In this document: in pieces, positions 35,479 to 42,404 of the stretch
Numbering within the stretch: position 1 is the stretch's first letter
How the letters are laid out: each line of letters starts with the position of its first letter
Program-made: the position numbers and the translations under genes
The notes under the pieces: generated by a model
Told to the model about the DNA's origin: nothing
What the model saw: only the letters and a program-made list of their open reading frames with translations
The model's database searches: none
DNA from: an uncultured Candidatus Saccharibacteria bacterium
Lineage (GTDB): Bacteria; Patescibacteriota; Minisyncoccia; Phycocordibacterales; UBA9973
Direction: 5' to 3'
Length of the DNA stretch: 59,123 nucleotides
Assembly: GCA_964441495.1 (NCBI GenBank)
Contig: CAYTXV010000005.1
Coordinates: 1 to 59,123 of the forward strand

Positions 35479-36144
35479 ATGAACAAACTATCTATAACCA
35501 TTGCGCTCGCACTCCTCTTTTTGATAGCGCCAACCATACATGCAGAAATGATCAAAGAGGGGGATGGTCCAATCCTCGTCGGTGAACAGACGACAATCCC
35601 TGTTTCGACACAAAGTACTCCCACTACAGTACAATTTGACCCTGTGCCAACGATCAACGGTACACCTATAGATATGCAAGTACCTATTGATGATGCTCCG
35701 AGTATGCCAGCCGGTACTCCTGGAGGAGGAGCGCTTCCAACAGGTGCGCTCAACGCCAATAGTCCACAACCACCAGCTGCAAGTAGTACCCCACAGTCAG
35801 GCTCTTCTGAGCTATCTCAGTGTAGCAATCTCAAGATCGTTTCATTGCTCGACTTTTTGATCTGGATCAAATGCATTATTGTGGTTGCGATCATTCCACT
35901 CATCTTTGCACTTGCGCTTATGTTCTTCCTCTGGGGAGTGATGAAGTTCATCATGGCAAATGATTCGACCAAACGAGAAGAGGGGCGCAAGTTTATCCTC
36001 GGCGGACTCATCGGGCTCTTTGTGATGACGAGTCTGTGGGGTATCGTTAGGATACTCGGTACCACGTTGGGACTCGATAGCGCTGTCCCACTTCTCCAGA
36101 CCGAGTGCTTGACCCAAAACGGTTGTACTCCTCCTACCAAGTAG
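35479..36144 (+). CDS. Secreted Pro/Thr-rich protein with a VirB2/TrbC-like pilin module (paralog C)
   Basis: Signal peptide MNKLSITIALALLFLIAPTIHA. The C-terminus reads IPLIFALALMFFLWGVMKFIMANDSTKREEGRKFILGGLIGLFVMTSLWGIV. Confidence 0.65.
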   Translation: MNKLSITIALALLFLIAPTIHAEMIKEGDGPILVGEQTTIPVSTQSTPTTVQFDPVPTINGTPIDMQVPIDDAPSMPAGTPGGGALPTGALNANSPQPPAASSTPQSGSSELSQCSNLKIVSLLDFLIWIKCIIVVAIIPLIFALALMFFLWGVMKFIMANDSTKREEGRKFILGGLIGLFVMTSLWGIVRILGTTLGLDSAVPLLQTECLTQNGCTPPTK

Positions 36145-36199
36145 TGCTATACTTACGACATACCTTATTAATGGTAATAGTTATACAAATAATTTATTT

Positions 36200-36613
36200 A
36201 TGAAAAAATCAGTTCTCGCATCGCTCGGTACGGCACTCATGGCTCCTGCTGTAGCGCTTGCACAGTGGACCGTAACGAGTGGTACACCAAACACAGGATA
36301 CGTTGACACCTGGCTTACAAAAGCAATCGGATGGTTGTCGCAATCGATCACCATCATCATGGTGCTCATGACTGTATGGTTCCTTATCAGTGTGCTTCGA
36401 TATGTCATGGAGAAAGATCCAGGCAAACTCAAAGACAAGCGCAAGACTATGATGTCTGGCCTCCTCGGACTCTTTATCGCAGTGTCAGTATGGGGTATCA
36501 TCCAGATCGCAGGTACTATCTTTGGTACGCGAAATGCAGTAACTCCAGATCTCACCTGTCCTCCAGGAACCGTTGTTGATACAACTGGTAACTGTGGTAT
36601 CCCTGTGCGATAA
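36200..36613 (+). CDS. VirB2/TrbC-like pilin (paralog D, canonical size 137 aa)
   Basis: Signal peptide MKKSVLASLGTALMAPAVALA, then two TM helices flanking the basic loop LRYVMEKDPGKLKDKRKTMMSG. Confidence 0.65.
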   Translation: MKKSVLASLGTALMAPAVALAQWTVTSGTPNTGYVDTWLTKAIGWLSQSITIIMVLMTVWFLISVLRYVMEKDPGKLKDKRKTMMSGLLGLFIAVSVWGIIQIAGTIFGTRNAVTPDLTCPPGTVVDTTGNCGIPVR

Positions 36614-36619
36614 CCATCT

Positions 36620-36955
36620 ATGTCTTGGATCGCATATGCTGACTCTGTAGATACTCTTGTGTTCAAGATAAACGCAAAGGTTATCAACCCCGCGATTGAG
36701 TTTGCGTTCATCATCGCACTTGTTGTATTCCTTTTTGGTGTCATGGAGTACATCCGTGGTGCTGCAAACGAAGACAAGCGCAAAAAGGGGAGAGAGCACA
36801 TGCTCTGGGGTGTCGTCGGGTTTGTCATCATGCTCGGTGTGTTTGGGATCATCACATTTCTCACGCGCACATTTGGTATCCAGGGTGCAACCTTCACCAA
36901 GGATCAACAAACGTTTACTCCGCCACCTATCCAAGACCTCAAATTTCCGCAATAA
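36620..36955 (+). CDS. VirB2/TrbC-like pilin (paralog E, 111 aa)
   Basis: A two-helix module, FIIALVVFLFGVMEYIRGAANEDKRKKGREHMLWGVVGFVIMLGVFGII. Confidence 0.6.
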   Translation: MSWIAYADSVDTLVFKINAKVINPAIEFAFIIALVVFLFGVMEYIRGAANEDKRKKGREHMLWGVVGFVIMLGVFGIITFLTRTFGIQGATFTKDQQTFTPPPIQDLKFPQ

Positions 36956-36990
36956 AAAAAGCCGCACTCGTTGTGCGGCTTTTGCGTTTT
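36955..36990. terminator. Bidirectional terminator closing the pilin array and the convergent SPFH operon
   Basis: A-run, then gccgcac / tcgtt / gtgcggc, then ttttgcgtttt. Confidence 0.8.
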
Positions 36991-37011
36991 GGAAAGAACG
37001 TACTAAACATA

Positions 37012-37584
37012 CTACTTGTTGCTTGACTTGTTGGTGAAGTCGATGATCGTGCTCGGTGTGAGCAGACGAACCGCATACTCACCAACATCGGCTTTGCCGA
37101 TGAAGTCGTAGTATTCACCATCTACCCTGGTAGCAGACTTGCGTACTGCCCATTGTTTCCAGTGAGCTTTGGTACCTTGTATCTCTATTTCGATACGTTC
37201 ATCGAGTCTCGTTGGCTCAAAATATACCGTGTCGGCAAAAGAGAACCGATACCATTTACCCTGCTCAAACACTTGTTCTCCATAGGAGATACGTAGTCCT
37301 TCAGGGATAGAAACAGTCGGTACTGGCTGGGGAGGTGGAGGGGTGTACGATGCTGTTGTTACGTATGAAGGTGTTGTTTGAGTCGGCGCTTCATCATGGG
37401 ATGAACTTTGTACCAATTTAAAAACATACACAAACATAACAACAAGTACTACTCCGACTGCATAGCGTACCCACACTGGTGTTTTACTAAAAATACTTAA
37501 AAATGTTTTTTTAGCGACACCTTTCTTGTCTTTGTCGATTGCTATTAAGCAACCAAGAAAAATCAAAACTAATAAGATTTTCAT
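37012..37584 (-). CDS. Membrane-anchored beta-rich protein, translationally coupled to the SPFH gene (NfeD-analogous position)
   Basis: Its start overlaps the upstream stop (ATGA). It has TM segments, a Pro/Thr linker and a C-terminal beta-rich domain. I recognise no family. Confidence 0.5.
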   Translation of the reverse strand: MKILLVLIFLGCLIAIDKDKKGVAKKTFLSIFSKTPVWVRYAVGVVLVVMFVYVFKLVQSSSHDEAPTQTTPSYVTTASYTPPPPQPVPTVSIPEGLRISYGEQVFEQGKWYRFSFADTVYFEPTRLDERIEIEIQGTKAHWKQWAVRKSATRVDGEYYDFIGKADVGEYAVRLLTPSTIIDFTNKSSNK

Positions 37585-38777
37585 TTGCTACCTCCTTTTT
37601 TTTCGGAATTTTTACCTTGGTTGATTTCATGGGCAAGGTCAAGACCAACAGCAGTCTGAACAAGATTCGCAACATCGATTGAGGGAGACATGTTCTGCCC
37701 GCTGTTACTTTCTACAAGCACTCTTAGGTTTTGCATGTTTTTTGACCGTTCGATAATCGTTACATCCCGCACTTTTTTCTTTGCTATAGTTGCATCTCTA
37801 TCCGCATTGATCAGCTCAATAGCTCCTTCAATACGAGGTCTCATTTCTGCTTTTAGCGCAGTACCCTTGTTTTGCGATGTTTCCAATCTGACTTCTGATA
37901 CAGCTCTCTCGGTGAGTGCTTTAACATACTCGATTGACTCCTCGCTTATTTGATAGTCGAGAAGTGGTATGTTTATCAGAAACACGCCAAGACGTTTAAC
38001 AATGAGAATTTCGTAGTTGATCCTTTCCAGGAAAGTAACCTTTGCTTTTCTTCTACTATTAGAATCTTTAAAAAAGAATTCAGGTTGCTGGTTTTGTCCA
38101 ACAATTCGAGTAGGATTTTGAGGCTCAGTGTTTTTTACCAGGTAGGTTTCAAGTTTCTCACCGCGAATTTTGGGTAAGTCGGCATAGGTTAGAGTCGAAA
38201 CTATTTCGCTGACAGCAGACTTTATAGTTGCTTCAACGCTCGGATGCCAGTATGCAGAGTTGCGAAACTCTGCTTCGTACGGCGAGTCCATTTTTACAGT
38301 ACCTTGAAGAAACAAGTCAACCGTAACGTTTTCAGGGTTTTTTTCTTCGGTTTTCTTTTTCTTTTTTTCACCAGTTTCGATACTAAACACATCGAACCGG
38401 TAATCGTGCTGATCGCGATGATGATTTGTTTTTTCATAGCGATAATAAGAAACCTCAACATCTTTTTCAGGGTCACCTGATATGATGTTTTTGTCTCCAG
38501 CGGTGACATCACTGCTTTTTTTAGGTTCTTTCCATGGGAATCGGTAATAACTTATCCACTGAAATCCAAACCATATCCAACCGAGTGTTGCATGATTTGG
38601 TTCTGTAGCAGGGATAAGTCGCTTGGTCGTTTTGTCGTATATGCGATCAGCTGTTCCACTAATCGTACGAGAAAAACGACCTAGTGTTATAACGTTTTTA
38701 TGCTTACCCTCTTCTCTCACTACAATACATTTGTAGATCCAGAAAAAAAAGAGAACAGCAAAGATAACTTCTGCCAT
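37581..38777 (-). CDS. SPFH/band-7-like membrane protein (divergent, 398 aa)
   Basis: N-terminal TM helix, then IVVREEGKHKNVITLGRFSRT, NVTVDLFLQGTVKMDSP and GVFLINIPLLDYQISEE, followed by a C-terminal coiled coil. This is the SPFH pattern with a Lys-rich insert. Confidence 0.5.
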   Translation of the reverse strand: MAEVIFAVLFFFWIYKCIVVREEGKHKNVITLGRFSRTISGTADRIYDKTTKRLIPATEPNHATLGWIWFGFQWISYYRFPWKEPKKSSDVTAGDKNIISGDPEKDVEVSYYRYEKTNHHRDQHDYRFDVFSIETGEKKKKKTEEKNPENVTVDLFLQGTVKMDSPYEAEFRNSAYWHPSVEATIKSAVSEIVSTLTYADLPKIRGEKLETYLVKNTEPQNPTRIVGQNQQPEFFFKDSNSRRKAKVTFLERINYEILIVKRLGVFLINIPLLDYQISEESIEYVKALTERAVSEVRLETSQNKGTALKAEMRPRIEGAIELINADRDATIAKKKVRDVTIIERSKNMQNLRVLVESNSGQNMSPSIDVANLVQTAVGLDLAHEINQGKNSEKKGGSK

Positions 38778-38823
38778 AATGTGTGTTTTATTTGTGAAAG
38801 AATGTTGTTTAAATATTTTTATT

Positions 38824-38852
38824 ATTATAACAAAAAATACTTATTTTGTCAA
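38824..38852 (-). promoter_or_regulatory. Perfect consensus promoter TTGACA-17 nt-TATAAT (TGt extended) for the SPFH operon
   Basis: Plus-strand attata at 38824-38829 and tgtcaa at 38847-38852. Confidence 0.6.
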
Positions 38853-38880
38853 ATAAAAAACCACCTCTTCACAGAGGTGG
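38853..38880 (-). terminator. Terminator of the lipoprotein gene 38908..39492
   Basis: ccacctct / tcac / agaggtgg, with a U-run on the minus strand. Confidence 0.75.
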
Positions 38881-38907
38881 TGTAAGGTTTTCGTTTTGTT
38901 TTTACAA

Positions 38908-39492
38908 CTATAACCGGATTATCGGTTGTCCGGGGCCTGCCAGTACTGTGGCTCGATAAAACCAACCCGGAAACCACTGAATAGTGGTCCATGTTGCAGG
39001 GTTTAAGGCCGGGGACCATTGCCCTGTTATAGGCTCAATGTCTAGAGAGGCCTTGAGTTGCCATGTCCCTACCCAAACCCATTCAGCGCGAACAACATAC
39101 ACAGTGCCATGAGAGGCACTCATTCCTTGGTTGAAAGTAAACCCTTCAGCTATCGGTTGCCCTGTAACAGGGTCATAGCTTACCTGGTTAGGCCGGCATG
39201 GTGTGTTTACCATGATGCCGGTACCATTTTGGCCGGCAGAGACACGCACCCCGTTTTGGAACAAGGGCTGGATCAGTGTTCTGACCCATGTTTGTTGCCC
39301 GTTAGGCATGACAACCAGTGCCTGTGTAAGGTCCTGGTTATACTGTACGAGCTGTGGCAGTATCGTTTGCTGTGGTGCCGCCAGGTTACCCGGGTTATTC
39401 CTGATTGTGTCCAAGACTTGCTGCTTGGAGCAGGATATCAGTGTACTGGATATGAAAATCAAAACGATTGCGATTGAAAAGAACTTTTTCAT
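38908..39492 (-). CDS. Putative lipoprotein, Gln/Asn/Trp-rich (194 aa)
   Basis: The N-terminus MKKFFSIAIVLIFISSTLISCSKQQ (lipobox LISC). I recognise no family. Confidence 0.5.
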   Translation of the reverse strand: MKKFFSIAIVLIFISSTLISCSKQQVLDTIRNNPGNLAAPQQTILPQLVQYNQDLTQALVVMPNGQQTWVRTLIQPLFQNGVRVSAGQNGTGIMVNTPCRPNQVSYDPVTGQPIAEGFTFNQGMSASHGTVYVVRAEWVWVGTWQLKASLDIEPITGQWSPALNPATWTTIQWFPGWFYRATVLAGPGQPIIRL

Positions 39493-39603
39493 GATTTGTT
39501 ATTTTTTAAGTTATGAAATTTGAATGTATCAGCCGTCCAACAGGGCAGTGCGGGATAACTGATACATTCAACTCTCACATCCATATCAATGATTTCTAAG
39601 TAC

Positions 39604-39632
39604 ATTATAGCAAATACAATCAGATTTGTCAA
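39604..39632 (-). promoter_or_regulatory. Perfect consensus promoter TTGACA-17 nt-TATAAT (TGc extended)
   Basis: Plus-strand attata at 39604-39609 and tgtcaa at 39627-39632. The leader to ATG 39492 is about 105 nt. Confidence 0.6.
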
Positions 39633-39647
39633 GTACCTTGGGCAATA

Positions 39648-39676
39648 CAAAAACCCTTACAGCATAAGGGTTTTTG
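39648..39676. terminator. Bidirectional terminator after the tRNA cluster
   Basis: aaaaaccctta / cagca / taagggttttt. Confidence 0.8.
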
Positions 39677-39702
39677 TAGAGAAAAGGGTGTTTATGTACT
39701 TG

Positions 39703-39778
39703 TGGTGCCCCTAGCAGGGCTCGAACCTGCGACCGTCTCCTTAAGAGGGAGCTGCTCTACCAACTGAGCTATAGAGGC
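39703..39778 (-). tRNA. tRNA-Lys (anticodon CTT), CCA encoded
   Basis: Hand-folded cloverleaf: acceptor gcctcta/taggggc, anticodon loop ctCTTaa, T-loop ttcgagc, and 3' acca. Confidence 0.9.
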
Positions 39779-39789
39779 GTCTGATTGTG

Positions 39790-39871
39790 TGCTGGAGAAG
39801 GGACTCGAACCCTTAAGCCTTGCGGCACTGGTTCCTAAGACCAGCGCGTATACCAATTCCGCCACTCCAGC
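39790..39871 (-). tRNA. tRNA-Leu (anticodon TAG), long variable arm
   Basis: Acceptor gctggag/tctccagc, anticodon stem ctggt/accag, and loop ctTAGga. CCA is not encoded. Confidence 0.9.
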
Positions 39872-39928
39872 AGTTCGCGCCTGGCCAAAGCATCATAACG
39901 TATATACGAGCGTCTATCAAGGTGTCTG

Positions 39929-40011
39929 TGCCCAGGGTGGGACTCGAACCCACACGGTATTGCTACCTGGGGATTTTAAGTCCCCTATGTCTACCATTCC
40001 ATCACCTGGGC
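39929..40011 (-). tRNA. tRNA-Leu (anticodon TAA), long variable arm
   Basis: Acceptor gcccagg/cctgggc, anticodon stem gggga/tcccc, and loop ctTAAaa. CCA is not encoded. Confidence 0.9.
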
Positions 40012-40023
40012 AATATAGTGTTG

Positions 40024-40098
40024 TGGAGACCCGAGCGAGAATCGAACTCGCGCATAGAGATTTTGCAGATCTCCGCCTTACCACTTGGCCATCGGGTC
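40024..40098 (-). tRNA. tRNA-Cys (anticodon GCA), CCA encoded
   Basis: Acceptor gacccga/tcgggtc, anticodon loop ctGCAaa, and T-arm gcgag-ttcgatt-ctcgc. The 5' end abuts the rbfA stop codon. Confidence 0.9.
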
Positions 40099-40416
40099 TT
40101 ATTCCTTGAGCAAGGTTTCTATAGTGTGGAGTGCTTTGAGCCCAGTGTCAATCTCGACATCGATAAATGGGATAGTGCGGATGTTGAGCGATGCCTTGAT
40201 CGCATCGCGGAGCTCTGGGCGTTTGCGCTTCAAGAAGTTGAGTGCAGACGCTTCGCCGTCTGCTGGCATGACACTGATGTACAGAGTTGCGCGACGTCCT
40301 CGTTCAAAGAGCTCGACGCGCGTGATTGTGATGAGCGCTGTTTTGTTGCTTTCGCGTTCGATGAACCGTGCGGCTGATTCTCGGATTGCTTCTTGGATTT
40401 TCTCTGATCGTTCCAT
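40099..40416 (-). CDS. rbfA: Ribosome-binding factor A
   Basis: The size and the motifs ITITRVE and IPFIDVEID are typical of RbfA. It lies directly downstream of infB. Confidence 0.85.
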   Translation of the reverse strand: MERSEKIQEAIRESAARFIERESNKTALITITRVELFERGRRATLYISVMPADGEASALNFLKRKRPELRDAIKASLNIRTIPFIDVEIDTGLKALHTIETLLKE

Positions 40417-40422
40417 ATATAG

Positions 40423-41901
40423 TTAGATAGTTTTCATGACGTATGCTTCGAGTACATCACCTGGAGCGATATCGTGCTTGCATTCAACTTGGAGTCCGCA
40501 CTCACCATCAGCGATTTCTTTGACCTTTTGCTTTGCTTGCTGTATCTCAACGATACGTGCTTCAGCAAGGGGGAAGTCTCGACGGATCACGCTCACACGA
40601 GCACCGGTCGTGATGATGCCACCCATGACACGAGCACCGATGACGTGTTTGTCTTTGGTACTTGAAAATGTTTTGAGCACTTTCATCGTACCGATCACCT
40701 CGCGTGTTTCGACGCGAGGGCGGCGACGCTCGAGCTCTTCGGTGAGCCATTCGGTGAGTTTGTAGATGATGTCAAAGGTTTGTACAAGCGCGCCAACCGT
40801 CTGGTTGGTCTCGCGCGCACGTGCGTCGAGCGCTACATTGAACCCGAGGATGATCGTTTCTTTGTCAGATTGTGCCATGCGGATATCGCCTTCACTGATT
40901 GCGCCGATACCTTTTTGGATGATCTTGATGTGCAGTCCTTCGACTCCAAGCTTTGCGATCTCACGCTCGATTGCTTCTGCAGTACCGTATACATCAGTCT
41001 TGATGATGATTGGGACGACTTTGTGATCAGCACTCACGGCTTTGATCTCAACAGTTGTTGGCGCAGAGAGTTCTTCGACGTAGTCTTCTGCGTCGCGCTT
41101 CTTGTCAAAGACAGTGATGGTTGCGCCGACATCAGGCGCCTGATCAAATCCGATGAGTTTGACGGGTGTACCTGGACCAGCTTCAGGGATAGCTACTCCG
41201 AGGAAGTTTTCCATGATGCGTGTGGTGGTGATGGCTTTGCCAGCAACGACAAACTGGCCGCGGCGAAGCGTCCCCGCTTTGATGACGATCGTTGCGGCGA
41301 TACCGCGCTTGGGATCAAGCGCGCTTTCGATAACGATACCTGATACTGGTGCTTTGGGATCCGCAGTCATTTCTTCGAGATCTGCGACAAGGAGGATCGT
41401 ATCGAGAAGCTCAGGAACACCCGTTCCTACCTTTGCAGAGATAGCAACCCACGGGATGGTCCCACCATATCCTTCAACGAGTACTTCATGCTCGGCGAGC
41501 ATTTGCTTGGTGCGCTCGATGTTTGCTTCCGGGCGATCTATCTTGTTGATTGCAACGATGAAGGGGATTTGTGCGTCACGGATGGTCTGGAGTGCTTCGA
41601 TAGTTTGTGCTTTGACACCGTCTTCGGCAGAGACGACAAGGATCGCGATATCTGCGACACGCGCACCTCGCTCACGCATCCCAGTGAACGCTGCGTGCCC
41701 TGGTGTGTCGACAAAGGTGATGTGGCGGTTTGCGCCCTGATACGGGATGGTGATCTCGTATGCAGAGAGGTGCTGGGTGATACCACCTGCTTCTCCTGCA
41801 ACCACATTTGATTTGCGGATGTAGTCAAGCAGTGTAGATTTGCCGTGGTCGATGTGACCCATGACGGCAACGATTGGGGAAGCGGGAAGTGATGAAGACA
41901 T
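40423..41901 (-). CDS. infB: Translation initiation factor IF-2 (minimal form, 492 aa)
   Basis: The G domain starts at residue 10 (VAVMGHIDHGKSTLLD; DTPGHAAF; NKID), and the IF-2 C-terminal domains follow. Confidence 0.9.
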   Translation of the reverse strand: MSSSLPASPIVAVMGHIDHGKSTLLDYIRKSNVVAGEAGGITQHLSAYEITIPYQGANRHITFVDTPGHAAFTGMRERGARVADIAILVVSAEDGVKAQTIEALQTIRDAQIPFIVAINKIDRPEANIERTKQMLAEHEVLVEGYGGTIPWVAISAKVGTGVPELLDTILLVADLEEMTADPKAPVSGIVIESALDPKRGIAATIVIKAGTLRRGQFVVAGKAITTTRIMENFLGVAIPEAGPGTPVKLIGFDQAPDVGATITVFDKKRDAEDYVEELSAPTTVEIKAVSADHKVVPIIIKTDVYGTAEAIEREIAKLGVEGLHIKIIQKGIGAISEGDIRMAQSDKETIILGFNVALDARARETNQTVGALVQTFDIIYKLTEWLTEELERRRPRVETREVIGTMKVLKTFSSTKDKHVIGARVMGGIITTGARVSVIRRDFPLAEARIVEIQQAKQKVKEIADGECGLQVECKHDIAPGDVLEAYVMKTI

Positions 41902-41905
41902 GGTG

Positions 41906-42379
41906 TTAACTCAATGATTTTTTTGCTTCGGATAATGCAGTAGTTTCTTCGGTAGTGAGACTTACTTCGGGGATGCCACGATTTATTTTCTTGGCGTAGA
42001 CGCCGACATGGTTGCGATGCGTGATGACCGAGAGGATATACCCGTCACCGTGCTCGTCGAGGAGACCTGAAGCGAAGCTCTGCTCTCCACCAGCACTCTC
42101 GTATGCGTCGTAGCGCACGAGTGAGTATCCGCGGATACTTCGTTTGACTCGTGCGTCGATGTGCTCAAGTCCTTCTTTGTGTGCCTCGAGTGTTTCGTCT
42201 GTTGCAGCTGCCTTGTGCGTCAGCCAGGCAAGTGTGGACTCAAGTGATGCTCCATCTTTGCCAGCCATGAACGAGCGTAGTGTTTGTCGAAGGTTACGTA
42301 CGACTATGAAAAGTGCAACCACCAGTATAAACAATATGATGAGCGCTATGGCGATGCTTGGTGGTATACTGCCTGTCAT
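41906..42379 (-). CDS. DUF4446-like membrane-anchored protein
   Basis: N-terminal TM helix, then the pattern VRYDAY....G.QSFA.A.LD..G.G as I recall it for DUF4446. Confidence 0.6.
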   Translation of the reverse strand: MTGSIPPSIAIALIILFILVVALFIVVRNLRQTLRSFMAGKDGASLESTLAWLTHKAAATDETLEAHKEGLEHIDARVKRSIRGYSLVRYDAYESAGGEQSFASGLLDEHGDGYILSVITHRNHVGVYAKKINRGIPEVSLTTEETTALSEAKKSLS

Positions 42380-42387
42380 AAGACCAC

Positions 42388-42395
42388 ATTATACT
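42388..42395. promoter_or_regulatory. Overlapping divergent -10 boxes (TATAAT minus / TATACT plus)
   Basis: Plus-strand attatact. TATAAT lies 8 nt from ATG 42379 (minus) and TATACT 9 nt from ATG 42405 (plus). Confidence 0.5.
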
Positions 42396-42404
42396 GAATT
42401 TTTT

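Noticed and set aside
39789-40426. Track ORFs 39789-40109, 39820-40377 and 40085-40426 on the plus strand.
   Set aside because: They run antisense through four well-folded tRNA genes and rbfA, so they are spurious.
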